From Dimorphilus gyrociliatus (taxonomy: Eukaryota; Animalia; Annelida), in assembly GCA_904063045.1 (NCBI GenBank), contig CAJFCJ010000001.1, forward strand, positions 1,302,001 to 1,366,000: a stretch of DNA of 64,000 nt. Direction: 5' to 3'. Positions 11,112-24,800 of the stretch are shown here, in pieces (the stretch's first letter is position 1; every line of letters begins with the position of its first letter). Below the pieces are notes generated by a model. The model was not told the origin of the DNA, did not search any database, and saw only the letters and a program-made list of their open reading frames with translations. Position numbers and translations under genes: made by a program.

Positions 11112-14100
11112 TATTCGTCACAATTTAACAACTGGGTATATATTCCCGCAGTTGATTCGAGTAATAGATTTTGAAACGTTTAAATAGCAAGAGTAAAATA
11201 TGATATTCCATATATTATAGATTAAAAGAATGTCGCTAAGAATAAGGTACAAAATTCCATTTAGAATCTTAACGCAAGAGAGGAATAGGAGATGATATTT
11301 TCCAACTTGTTTATTCAATCTCCCTATTATCACCAATAATTTATATTTAGAATTTCAACAGCGTGCATCAAGGAAAGGAAAAATTTTTGCTTATTTTTAC
11401 AATTACAATAAAATACTTTACCATAAGTATTATTTTCAATCAACAAAATAAAATAAGACCTGAGCGATATAGCGTGACCATATGTAAAAATTTACAAGAA
11501 TTAAGAATGTCCTTGGAGCTAAAAATAATTCTTCGATTTTAATGACAATTTATAATTTCCTGATATTTATATATATATATATATATACAATATTAAAAAG
11601 GGAGGAAATAGCATAAGCCATCTAAAGAAGGGAAAACAAACAAGAAGGTAATTAATGAAAATGGCTTACTTGCAAAAGAAAAGAAGGTTTTTGAAATTTT
11701 TAATTAGTTAAAAAAGGAAATACTTAGAAAAGACTGAAAATATATTCTCCATCTATTATTTAAAGATGTTGATAATATATATCAAAAAAGGTATTTAGTA
11801 TAGACAAAAAGGGGGAGAAGAGTGAAGGTTAGCTGAAATAATGATGAAATTTTTTTTTTATATATTTCTCTATAGATTAGAACATACGTTGAATATTTAT
11901 TTGATATATTACTTTTATTACATTAGATCTTCCACTTCTATTTTCGGTTCTACTATCTTACGTCTATACCTTAAAGTCCTATTTCATTAGGGATTTTACC
12001 TTTATTGCAAAGATATTAATCTCCTTTGAAGTTAAAACGTAAGGCATGTTATACTAGCACCTATATAACTTATTTATCTATTCTAAATAAGAAGTTTCAT
12101 TATTCTCTAGGTACTTTTTATCATTTTAAAGATGAATTTTTGCAAAGTCAACTATAAATGCCATTATGCACTTTTCGAGTCTTGGGAGTACTTTGATCCT
12201 CTTCTCGAGAAATATATAAGAGTAATTTTAGTTCTTCTATATTGTAGAAAAATGACTAAAAGGATCTCTTCGTCCAATCGAATGAAATAACTATACCAAT
12301 TGAAACATAACAACTTATCATCTATCGAATTATTTATTACAGTTAAAGAGAATAATTCAATTGACCATTCATAAAGAAAACCTTTAATATAATTTCAACA
12401 GCTTTTTATTGTCCTATTATTTCTCTCTCCTTCTTGTTTAGACTATTTTTGATATCAACGAAATTATGAATGACATTTTATCCTTTGACAAAAACTTTCA
12501 ATTATCCATAAACCATTATTATAATGTTTTTAAGAATATATGATCAAAATCTCTCTTTTCAGGCTTAAAAAAAGGAGGGAAGGGGGATAAAAAATCTATA
12601 TAAGTTGTTTAAAATTATTAGATTGTTGACTAAATGCACAAACAAGTGATATTCTACTGAATTAAAATATTTTTTTGTTCAGTAATATAATGAAAACGAT
12701 AAAGTTTATATTACAAATGAAATATAAATTATCTATTAACTGTGCTATAATTAAAACTATGAGAATAATGATTATTAATTATTCCTTTGTTGGAACAAAA
12801 AAAAGGCCAATAGAAGAAATGAATGTTTTAAGAGAACGTTATTTTTCTATCTAGGTGTTTGATTAGCGTATTGGATTCAATAGTTTTTAGTACGGACATT
12901 TTGTTCCCTTTATCCCTAATTTCCGTTTCTTCTCATTAAAAGTGACTTGTTGCAGACTACTGAAATCTGCAAAATTTGAATGGTATTATTATATATATAT
13001 ACTGTATATACAGCGTAATGCGTGAATAACAAACTCATGCCAAGAAATCATATCGTTTACGTCAAAGATTTAAGATTATAAAATAGCTGTCTGTCACGTG
13101 GTATTAGAGAGAGAAAAAAAGGAATTTATAATATCATTTAGAAAATTCATGTTTATCAATTTTTCAATAAGAGACAAACTTGTGCAGTAAAAAAAAAATA
13201 TCCGCATTTTCTACTTTATACAGTTGTTAAAGTGTTAAATTATTCAAGTATTCAAGAGATGATCATCTTTCATAGGGGATTAAATCTATATATTAAAGAG
13301 ATTTATCTATTTATAGCATTAGGCATAGCAAACTTGAAAACTATTTATTTAAAATCATAAAATGAATTAATTTACTTTTTATTCTAATTAACAAAATTGT
13401 TTATTTTACTTATGGAAGTTGCAGTATCAACATTCTTCATTCGTACAATTCTCTATTAAACATACACATAGGATTGTTTGTATTTGATTTTTTATCTTAT
13501 AAAAAAACTTAAATGAGGAGATGAATTAAGAGAAAACCAAAAGAAAAGCTTAAACAAATACCTATAAAGTATTCTTTTATTATTGTAGGTTGTTGCTTTC
13601 TTTATCCAGTATACTATCTTCTATATATAGTGTGTATATAGAGTATACTTTCTATATTGCAGTGTTTTTTTTTTTAAAAAAAAAAAGAAACCTAGAAAAT
13701 AAATTTAATAAAACTGTCATAATTCAGTGAATATTGTAAAAAATTTATTATAAAATGATAGACAAACGATTTATAACGGAATTTAAAAAAAGTATATTCT
13801 ATGACTATTCCACTCTTTCAACAACATAATAAACTCTATATATTTAGAGGGAAAAAAAACTAATTTCATCCCTTTGCTGCTGATCAATCGATAGAAAATG
13901 AGTACAGTGTCCGTAATCATCGTCACTTTCCGGTTCGACTCTTATAAACATTTCTTCTTTTGGAAAATTTCCCCTAGGATAGGCTACAATCGTTATTATA
14001 TTCTTATTGATTTTCAAAAGCCAAAATTTTCAATCTATTAAGTAGAAAATGAAGAATTTTTTTTGCCCAATAACTGTGACATATTTAATTTACAGATTTG

Positions 14101-15545
14101 TCTTCTTAAGATGTTTTCTTTCTTTAATTTCTTACAAATAATGTTATATTCACTCACTACTCGATAATCTAGTGGACCTATTGTCAAGTTAGAATTTTTG
14201 GACAGCTGATTATTTATTTAAATTGTATAGATTCTTAATGCAAATAAACCTGAAGTTGATTATCTGATATTGCGTCTCACGTCCTTCAACTCTTTTCTTC
14301 ATCTATACGAGAACTATAAGACTTCTCCTATTTGAATTACAATATGCTACTATTAGTTGTCTTGAATTCTGCATAATTCCGCTCTCATTACTGAAGACGA
14401 AGCGTCCTTATGAAAGATTATCTTTATTTAGAAATGAATAAATCGATAATGTAGAGAAAAGTGTAAATTTTCCTTTAAAAACAACTGTAATATGTTAAGA
14501 AAAGCAAGAATAAATTACAAACCAGCACATTACTTTGTAGATTGATATGTAGCAATCCGGAAATTAGTTAGTTCGACATATAAAATAGTTATTCATGAGA
14601 AAATTAAGCTTTGGTAACAATTCGTTACTATTCGTAAAAACAAAAAATCTTTAAACTTACTTATATATATATAGCTATATTGAACATAATGTACAATGAT
14701 CGATAATCTAATGGATTTATTGAAGAATATTCAAATAACTTTTTTTTCATTCTACCATAAAACATTGACAGTCTTATCGAAATACGAAACTAAGGATATA
14801 ATAGAACATATTTAGATCAATGCTTTTGTCTTTTTTTCTTTCGTTATTCCCTACCTCTTTCTTCTTAAATGTATCCATAATATTCTGTAATTTTTGTTTA
14901 TTCATCGTTAAAAGCCTTATTCTATAATGAACTAATTAGAACAATCAATATTTAAAAAAAAAGAAGAAAAAATAGAATAAAGAACTTAATTATATTAAAT
15001 TTGTATTTTTAATGAAGAATTAATAAATCGTTAGAAAATATGAAACTTTTAATAAAGTTTCAAAAGTAGTATAATTAACATTAAAGATAATAAATGTAGT
15101 TAATTACATATAGACGTATATATAATTTGGAAATTCCCGAATGTCGAAAGGATAATGCAATTCTTTTTTGTCGTTATAGCTAGAATATTTTAAACGAATG
15201 AGATGTTGGAAGACTATAAGGAAGAGGAATGAGAGTAAGTAGAAGAAGAAAAAGGTTAATAAAGGGAAAGAGACTATATACCGTATATATACTACAATTT
15301 CGTGACATTTATTATATAAAAATAATAAGTAAAAAATTACCATAAATTCATTTTTCTAGTAAACTTATTTTATGTGATAAAAAAAAACTGGTTTTAGATG
15401 AAGGTGACAATTCTTATTGTCTAGTCATATTCATTACTGAAAAGGATATAAGGCAATAAAGAAATCACTTGGTTAAACCTAGAATGCCAGTTGTATTACA
15501 ATGAAGTTAACCTTTATACAATTTATATATAGTATATACTATAAA

Positions 15546-15548
<3 letters not shown>

Positions 15549-15576
<28 letters not shown>
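15549..15576. repeat. (TA)14 microsatellite
   Basis: Direct reading. Similar (TA)n runs occur near 5270, 11570, 24585, 25140, 31785 and 33170. Confidence 0.9.
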
Positions 15577-16376
15577 CAAACAAACACCAATCCTAAGGAG
15601 ATGCATAAGAAATAATTATTAATTATAATACAAAAAAATATGAATTATTTATGAATATGATATATAATTTACAGAATATAAAATATGGTTGTAAATTATA
15701 AATATACATTGTTTTCTTATTCTAATAGCTTTTAAATTAAGTGTATATAGAAACTAACATAAGTGCTATATAGTAATATTATTTGTAGGAACGAAATTAT
15801 ATTTTTGTAAAGCATCTCAAGAATACATTTATTTTTTATCGTGTGCAAAAAAAAAAAAAGAAAAAAAAGGGTGATGGGCAACTTAATTTTTCCCTCTTCT
15901 CCCTCTCCCTCACTCACTCTCTCTCTCTCTCTCTCTCTTTATAAGTCAGTTTTTTTTACAGAAGGCCTATATAGACCTATATATATATATATATATTTTT
16001 TTTTTTTTCCCCAGTTACTTTTGTGGGAAAAATGAATGATATTATATTAAAAGCTTACTCTCGAGAACAGATACTGTGAATCGTATATTTTCTATATTCA
16101 GTTTAAATTAACCTTGTATTTTTTAAAGAGTCTAGTTTTTAAGTACTTGACTTATTTTCTTATAGATGAGTAAGAAAACAGAACGGGAAATGGAAAGATA
16201 TGGTAGAACGATTAGTATTGTTACAGTGGTCTCTCTCTCTCTCTCTTTATTTCTTTCTTTCCTTCTCGTTTTGTGTATAAGGTAACAAATTGCTTTATAA
16301 GAATAAAAGAAAACATAAATTGCTTTAAATTAGCTTATTTTTCTCCTTTTCCACTCAAATTCCTCTCTTTCCTTCC

Positions 16377-16407
<31 letters not shown>

Positions 16408-16975
16408 TTTCAAAACTTATGTACAATTTATTTACTTTATAGTACTTTATTACTTCCTCTTATCTTCCTTTCTCCTCTTTCTAATCTCTAAACATAAAGA
16501 GAGAAAATAAAGAAGAAGCAAGAGTATTGTCACATCTTAAAACCATTTTTGAATTGTTTTGCCCATTACCAACTTGCCAGATAGTAATAGAATGAACTGA
16601 AAGGATAATAAGATGATTAGGTCATATGTAAAAAGTTTCCAGAGTCTAATTAATTATTTCCGTAATGTCCTTCAAAGTTAATGATATACTTATAATAATT
16701 AAAAAGCTTTCATCTCTGGTGCATACTTTGATTATAACTAGAAGATTATTAAGAAATTTCTCTAATTACAACCAAACAAAAGTAATTATACAAATGCCAT
16801 TAAAAACTATAACAATATATACATTTTAAATAAATCTCAAGTAATTTATTATTACTGTATAATGTACTTATTATACAATGTACTATAAGGATATACATAT
16901 CACATAGTAGATGCCATATTATATACAGTATTTAGTCATAAATAAATATTAATACGTGTAATAAGCATATTCGAA

Positions 16976-18684
16976 ATGGTTAAGACCCTCATAATTGAAA
17001 TTAGTAGCGGTATACCTTTGAATTTTGTTGAGTTGGTTGAAATGGAACTTGAAATTTTAACAATTGCCCTAATAACTGCCGCATCTTTTGGAGTAGCATG
17101 CTTTTTCTCTATGTTAGGACCCTTTTTCCCTATTATGGTAAGTTGAGTACCTTCATACATGCAATAAGTCTTCCATTTATTTCTTTTTTTTTAAATAGGC
17201 CTTAAAAAAAGGAGCGTCTTTGACTCAAATCGGTTTTATTCTAGCAGTTTTTCCTTTGGTTGTTGCTTTTATCTCTCCGATTGCAGCTAAAGCGGTTCGT
17301 GAGACGTATTTATTTTTCTCTAGATTATTTAAAGGTTAATTAAGACCGTTTTTAGATGGTCTTTATCGGGGTGAAGAGAATGTACGTTACAGGTGTCGTT
17401 GGAACTGGCCTAGTCTCAATTATTTATGGGTTTCTATATCTAGACCCTTTCAAACAAGGCTATAATCTAATTAGTTTCTTTTCTTTCTTTATGTTAAAAA
17501 CAGCACAATAGAATGGATGCCTCAAGGTTATGTTGCTATTTTTGCGAGTTTCACCTTAAGGGCTGCTGAAGCGTTTTTTGCCGCTCCAGCAATGGTCGGC
17601 GTAATGACATTGGTTTCGTTAACTTTTCCCCAGAAAAGATCTTCTATTGCCGTAAAAAAAGACTAGATACAATAAATCCTAATATCAATATCCTTCTAAG
17701 CCAGAAATTACGTCACAGGGCATATCCGGAGCTGCTCAATCGATAGGAATGCTACTAGGGCCAAGTATAGGTTCTTTCCTGTACGCAAGAGGAGGCTTTC
17801 ATCTGCCATTTTTTGTTACGGGTACTATGTATACGTTAATAGGTCTTGTAATGATGCCACTTTTACCATCCCCAAGCCGTTCACCGGAAATCTCACAGAA
17901 ATCAGATTTAACGAGAAAAATGCTATGCAACTCGATTGTTATGATATTATGTTCAAGTCTTGCCGTTATATATTCGGCAATAGGCTATCTTAGCTCTACT
18001 CTAGCAATCCACCTTAAGTCCTCTCTAGGAATGAACGAATACGAAATAGGTTTCACATTTTTAATAGCCCCAGGCATTATTGCAATAGGATCCCCTATGC
18101 TTGGGAGATACAGCGATAAACGAGTAAGTAAATAACTTTTCTACCATAGGAGTTAATTATTTTGTCCACTGAACTCGAAAATTTCGTGCAGAAAAACGGA
18201 TTAAACATTCTGCTATACGGAGGTCTATCGCATGTCGTTGGATTTCTCCTACTTGTGCCTTGGAATATGAATATATCAACCAATTATCGTATCTTTATTG
18301 CTCTAACTTTACTAGGCTTCGGTCTTAGTTCCTTAGTTGTTATTATGCAAGTTATGACGGAAACAGTTGGCCTACCGCCGGACGATATACAAAGCCAAAC
18401 ATCAATAGCAGCTTTTGTTAATACATCCAGATTTATTGGGTATATATAGCTTATTTTAGTATTGTATAATTAAGAAGGCTAATTATCTTCCTTAGTGAAT
18501 TCTTTGGCATGAGCGGTGGTGGAATCCTTATAGATAACTTCTCTTTTACAACTGGATGCTATGCGATGGCTGCTTCTAATTTGGTATGCGTTGTAAGTAA
18601 ATACAATAACCGAAGTGTAGCACAACATGATACAACTACCATTATCAGGTCTTAATGGCAGCAATGAGGAAAATTACAGTGTGA
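16976..18684 (+). CDS. SLC18B1: MFS-type transporter, SLC18B1-like, multi-exon
   Basis: Assembled: FFSMLGPFFPIM|ALKKGASLTQIGFI..|MVFIGVKRMY..IIYG|TIEWMPQG..LRAAEAF..TFPQKRSSIA|GISGAAQSIGMLLGPSIGSFLYARGGFHLPF. Aligns to the recalled SLC18B1 LGPFFPKEAEKKGAS and LGPPVGGFLY. Start codon uncertain (16976 or 17042). Confidence 0.8.
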
Positions 18685-18855
18685 CTCGGATGATTTTATT
18701 ATAAGTAAATAGAGTAAAACATGGCAACATTTTATTTTTTGAAAGCTTAATTTAAAGATAGAACCTATAATCAGTTTAATTGGAATACTTGAAAGATATA
18801 TAAATTCTGCATTTTTTTTTTTTAAATAAGAGATTCTTTGGAACATACAACAAAC

Positions 18856-21800
18856 TCAAACGTCTGTTATAGGACTATCATTTAACAGCAGTTTTGTTTC
18901 CGTTTCTGATAAATAAGCACCGTGCGGATAGCCTCTACCAGCCGAACTGTAGTGGTTATTTACACCATCGTAGGCCAACTGATTCGAAGACGAATCCGGC
19001 GAATGACGCTCGTAGGACATATCGTTGTCAAAGGCTAGTTTGTATCCTTGTTCAGCTTCTTTTAGCTTCTCTTCGATTCTTTTTTCTTCTGCTGTCATGT
19101 CGAAGGATGGTTCCGTCTGAAAGAGAACTTGTCGACAGCTGTTGTCAGAGGACGGTCGAACCGGAAATAAAGTTTCTGTTTGCATAGGGGTTGATTGGGC
19201 AATGGGATCAGTTTCCAGCACAACTGATAAACGTTGAGATTCCTCAAATGTTGTTTGAGGCGTCTGGTCCGTGAAAGATTCTTGCGCTGCAAGAGGAGCG
19301 TCAGTTGAGCAACCTCCGTGGTGATATGCATCATCCCAACTAAGATTGGGTTGTTCAAGTAGACCTTGAGTTTCGTCGTGAATGATGGGCTCGGGGGTGG
19401 TAACCTTGTGAATGTAGGGATAAAACAAAAATGAAGAGAAGAAAAAGACAAGAAAATCTTGTTTATATCAAAAAAAAAGAGATAAACATTTAATCGTTGG
19501 ATATACTATCCATTGGGACAATTTTTATATATTTAGCGTTTAAGAGAACGATAAACAGAGAAAATTTTCCAGATAAAATGGTCTAATTAAGATACAACAA
19601 GAAGATTAAGTTGCAAGGACAGGACTTAAATCATACTATCTTGAAAGAAATCTGGCATGTTTCGATGCAACAAGCGAGATAGATTTCTGAGTATCATTTT
19701 TTTTACCTAACGGCTAGTTAAACATTAAGAAAAATTAATCGGCTGCACGCCGTCTGTTTTGCATTAAGCTTAAAGTTTCGGCAGACTACGCCTTCTAATT
19801 TTCATCTATCTTTGTTATACCAGATGATAGGACAATCTTTTGAATTTCAAACCCTACTCACCTGTTGAAGTGCTTTCAACATGATGTGAGGCATATGATC
19901 GTTAAGCATTGTAGGAGAAATGAGGACTTCGTCGAAGTCGTCGTTATTTACCCAAACGCCATTATATAACGGATTTTTGTTCCGACATCCTTTCTTAGAT
20001 GAATGATTGCGTACAATATGCAGAATACTACCGGGCGGATGTAGAGCTTGATGCGTGCTCAAATGAATCTGTTGACTCTTGCTTTTAGCATATTTTAGTC
20101 TAAATGATTGCTGTTCCATACTTACATCTTTATCCCTAGGATGAATGAATCCTTTTCCCCTCGTTTTTTCTTCCTGATCAAACACAGTCATTGTATCCTC
20201 AGCAACACCCGAATCTTTACAGCAGCAACAACAAAATAAATTCCCCCCTATAACTTTCCATTTTGTACTTTTACAAGTCTTGATTACATTTATTAGATCA
20301 TTTCGCAAAACCTCTAGCTGAGATAAACCTATTCGTGGAACAACATCTTTGCCAAGAACGCACGATGTTATAAAATGTTTTGTCTTCTCCACACAAATTT
20401 TACTGAGTAAACCACCCGGAGGAGCGAAAGCGTAACAATGTAAACTAGGGTATTCTTTTTTTAATAAAACAGCTAGAATAGCTGCTGTTCCTGCCCCTAA
20501 CGAGTGACCAACTAATACGAGATCGTAATCTTTCGTTGCCTTTTCCTTGATGGATGGAAAAAAAAGATAGCCTTTCTTAATGAATTGAAATGGTATCGTC
20601 TTAAAAGTATTTTACCGGATATTTATTAAAAGCTTTCTTTAGTACATTGTCTTCTTGCAACTTATTACGGATGTAAAGGGCAGTTTGTACCATTCCCTGA
20701 AAAAAAAATTATCTATTTAATGTAAAAGAGCCTCTCATTTCCTTTTGGCAAAGAAATAAAGAACCTTATGTCCGAGCCATTCTTCGTCGACTGGATCAAG
20801 GGGCAGTGGTTCCGCATCCGCTTTCAAATCGGTTAAGACATCCTGAAATAAGCCATTTAAATCTCTAAATACCGGAAAATTTGCCGAATAAACTAACTCT
20901 TAAAGATAATGTTCCCCTTACGGCAACAACAACAACTTTCTCATTATGATCAAGAGCCACGTAAAACGGCGTCTCCTCAATCTGGATGAGAAACATGCGA
21001 AATTATATTTTCTTTAAAAAAATATTTTTTTATTTTCATCAACTTACATCTACGTGATAATTTGCGTAAACCAATTCGATGTTTTGTAAACCGTCGACTT
21101 TCTTTATGGCCGTTAAATTACACAAACAACAATTATCATCTATCACTTCGCAGTCAGGCTTTTTGCTGCAGCAGCATCTGGAAACGTTATTAAAATGTAT
21201 ATATTAGCGTTTAATTCGAATTTATTCATTCAATTTTACCTCAAATCGGGTAAAATTCTGCACAAACCCGTGAATGGATTATTAAAACAAAACATAGGCC
21301 AGCCATAGGCAGCCATAGCATAACGCATATATAGAACAATTTTATCAAATCGTAGTTTTTCTTCCGCAACTTGTAAATTCAAAAATTTGCTTTGTGGAGT
21401 AATGGGAACGCCTGATAAGTAGTCGAATACATCATCCTTCTTCTACATTAAAACGATAATAAGTAAATAGGAAAAGACGGTATCCGTTTACAAATTACCC
21501 GTGAAATTATATACTTTTGTTTATTCTTCTGATGCTGTCGAAGTAAAACTAGACCGGCGATAATATCTGATGGAACTACATCGAGATCTCGAAAGAAGTC
21601 CGTAAATAATTTTGCGACTTCGCTGAAAGAGTTCTGTAAAAAAAAATAAAACGTTGTTTCTATTAGACGCCAACAAAGAACGACCTATTTACTCTGTTAT
21701 GTTCGTCCTTGATGCAGCAAAAGAAAAGTCCACACCGTTTGTCCCAAGATTGCTGGTAGGCTCTCGTTGCTTTTCTGAAAAAAGGAATAATTAGGATATT

Positions 21801-24800
21801 AGATCGTTTCGTATATCCGGAAGGCGGCGAAGGAGAGAATACTGCAGTTAAGATTAAGTATTTTGTTAAAAAAAAAAAAAGAAGCGTCTATGCTGATTTG
21901 ATGTTAAAAAAAAAAGTAATAAAAAAAGCGTTAATCAACAAAATTCCCTAAAGAATAAAAACTTACACGTTTTCAATAAAACTTACGTGTTTAACGGCTG
22001 ATATCCATTTCTGCCATGCAATAATTATGTACAATATACATATATATACATATAGAAGGAAAAACTAAAAAAAGGGATATTGGGATAAATCAAAAAATAA
22101 ATAGTTCTATGAAATGAATAAATAAATAAATAATAAACATTTAAATCAATAAAATAAGATTTACAATCAAAAAAATTCGCTAAGTATAAATAATTAAATG
22201 TAAAAAATCCCCGTTTCCTTTCCGAGATATTTATAATATTCTATAAAGTAGTAGCCCAGTTACACGTGGACAATATGTAACGCATTTTTATAAAGTACTC
22301 CAAATATGAAAGTTACAACTAATTAAAGACGCACCGTTGGCGCCAATTACGCCTAGTGTTCCCGGAAGTGCGCTTCGAACGATGGCTACCCCGTTGACTA
22401 TTCTTCGTACTATCTTGAAATCTTTTCATACGAACCCAATGCCTGTTTTTAGATCGACGCGTTAATGTCTTTGCGTCGCAAATAGAAAAACAGTGTGATT
22501 TTAGTGAGAAATATAAAACTCTTAGTAATAATATAAGTGAAATAAAAATCCCTTTTATTTATTTTAAGTGATTCTAAAATGGATATAAAGTGAAAAATAC
22601 ATCCTTTATTATATAATTATTACTGTTATTCCTTAGTTATAAAATATGTATGTATTTGTGTGCATAACCTCTAGTACCTTTCTGCCCCCTCACCCCACCC
22701 CCTCAAAAGAAAAGTATATATCAATATTTTGATGTTTTTGTAACAAAGTTATTGCATGTCAAGGAAAAATCTACAAATTAGATAACAAAAAAAGCGTCTG
22801 CTAAAAAAAAGTTTGTCAAATTATTGATTTTTTCTAAAAATAATCTTCCTCTCTCTCTCTCTCTCTTACTAACTAAAATTTTAGCTGTACTACCTCTAAT
22901 TTATGTAGATTTTTTAGGTAATTCTCTATAATTATTATTACAACTAAAATCACACTGATATAGGCTTAGTTTTACCTCCCACCGGAATCAAAGGAGCACC
23001 ATAAGGCTAGGATGACTGCAAAAATCACCACCCAGTTGAAAACTACAACTCCAAGAATAGTTCGCTTAGCTTCGATTTCCTCACAACTTGTATAATTCGT
23101 GCCAATCCAAACCGAACTGTATGTCAACCAACCTACCTCACAGATATATAAACCTAAAACAATAAAAATGTTGGAAATTTGAGGGCGCTGCATTTTTTTC
23201 TATAACATTACCTAATCTAATATATAGGGCTGGTCTTATTGCTTGCCGTTTATCCGTGTCCAAAATAGTCCCACGAGTACTTAATACACCAATGACTAGT
23301 TCGACAAAGAAATTGAGACATTTCGAACATAAGTAGACAATTAAATGAATTTTAAGCGTCTTAGAGCAACCATCTGTCTTCCATTCGTAGGTTGATAGCA
23401 CAACGGTTAGGCCTATTATCCTGGAAAAAAATGCAGATCCTTATCGATAAACTCTATGCAACAGATTTTTTTCTGTGATTTTTAGATCTATTTACACAAT
23501 CAATTGTTTTGAGTTTTCCATTTGATGAGACATCTTTTAAATAAATATTTCATAAGCAAAACGATAAACAAAAGACCCTAACACTCGAGATTCTCTATTT
23601 ATATGCAAAACGCTTGCGCGTAAATGAGATCGTTTCGCAAGTCTTATATGGTTTTTATGAGAGGCAGAGCGACGTGATAAATGTCGGATGAGAATTGACT
23701 ATGTCGGAGAGCAATTTTTCTTCAAATGATCAATGAGCTACATGCCTATAAAAATATCATATACTGTACTAAGGAGACGTTTTCTCGTATATTTATTTTT
23801 TTCTCTATCCCTCTCCCTATCCTAAAGATCATCGTGACAATATTTGGAAAGAAACAACCTTAAAAAAAATAGCTCTAATAAGGTACATCAATTACTAACA
23901 GTATACGTAAATCTAAAGTAGAAATAATAGTGTATTCCGAGCTAAAAGGTCAGGAATAATTTGCTTCAGCGCAGAAGCGCAAAACGGAAAAAGGCATTTC
24001 AAAGAAATAGAACAACTTGGGACCTAAAAATGTTTTACACATTCTATCATGTCAATAAGTAATCATTCGCATAAGGCAAACAGACACTAATCCATATATC
24101 TATCTATAGACGATATATAAAGTAACAAGCTTTGAGTTATGTAATCTCCAAGCTTTATTACAAGGAAATAAATGAGAACATTAGAAATAAGTATTAATTT
24201 TTATAATACTTTTGCAGTAGTACATTTCTTTATACATATATATATATATATATTTGCGTGTTGATAAGTCCAGTATATATTACACTTCTTGTATTTAATA
24301 GTATACAATAACAGTGAACCATGGCGATATGATTTTTGCCGTTATTTTCTGCCGCAGATCTACATGGTAAATATTAGACTTTCAAATTCGAATACCATAA
24401 AATATCCCTTATTAGTTTAGTGAGAGAAAATAGAATCTATGCTTTGCTAATTTGATTGAATATAGAGCGATTACTTTGGCATTGGATCAGTTAAGTTTAT
24501 ATCGATCGCTAACGTGCAATAAACTTTACCGTAAAAATATATATACATATATATAAATATATTAGTATATAACGTCTTCATAATATATATATATATATAT
24601 ATATATATACAGTACATATCTTTTAAATAGAATAGTATACAAAATACAGTATATACATATAAATAAAACGTATTTGTGTATTTGTTATATGTCTGTGAAT
24701 AGACTATACTTTCTAAGCACAATTAACATCCAATATAAATCGATAATGAATTATGATAAAAAAAATTTATTAACAAAACAGCTAATTTTGTTTTTAATCA

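Noticed and set aside
13932-13941. B-box-like GGTTCGACTC suggesting a tRNA or SINE
   Set aside because: No cloverleaf, convincing A box or terminator could be drawn.
17430-17504. Apparent GC-AG intron in the MFS gene (AAG|GCTATA)
   Set aside because: A standard GT donor at 17430 (TATGG|GTTTCT) restores the frame and the homologous IIYGTIEW.
19095-19451. Alternative-frame ORF containing PPPSPSF as a possible Homer ligand
   Set aside because: It does not match PPxxF, and no splice path into that frame was found.
19707-19713. 7-nt microexon candidate (TAG|CCGTTAG|GTAAAA) before the last DAGLA exon
   Set aside because: It would shift the frame, the signals are short enough to be chance, and there is no other support.
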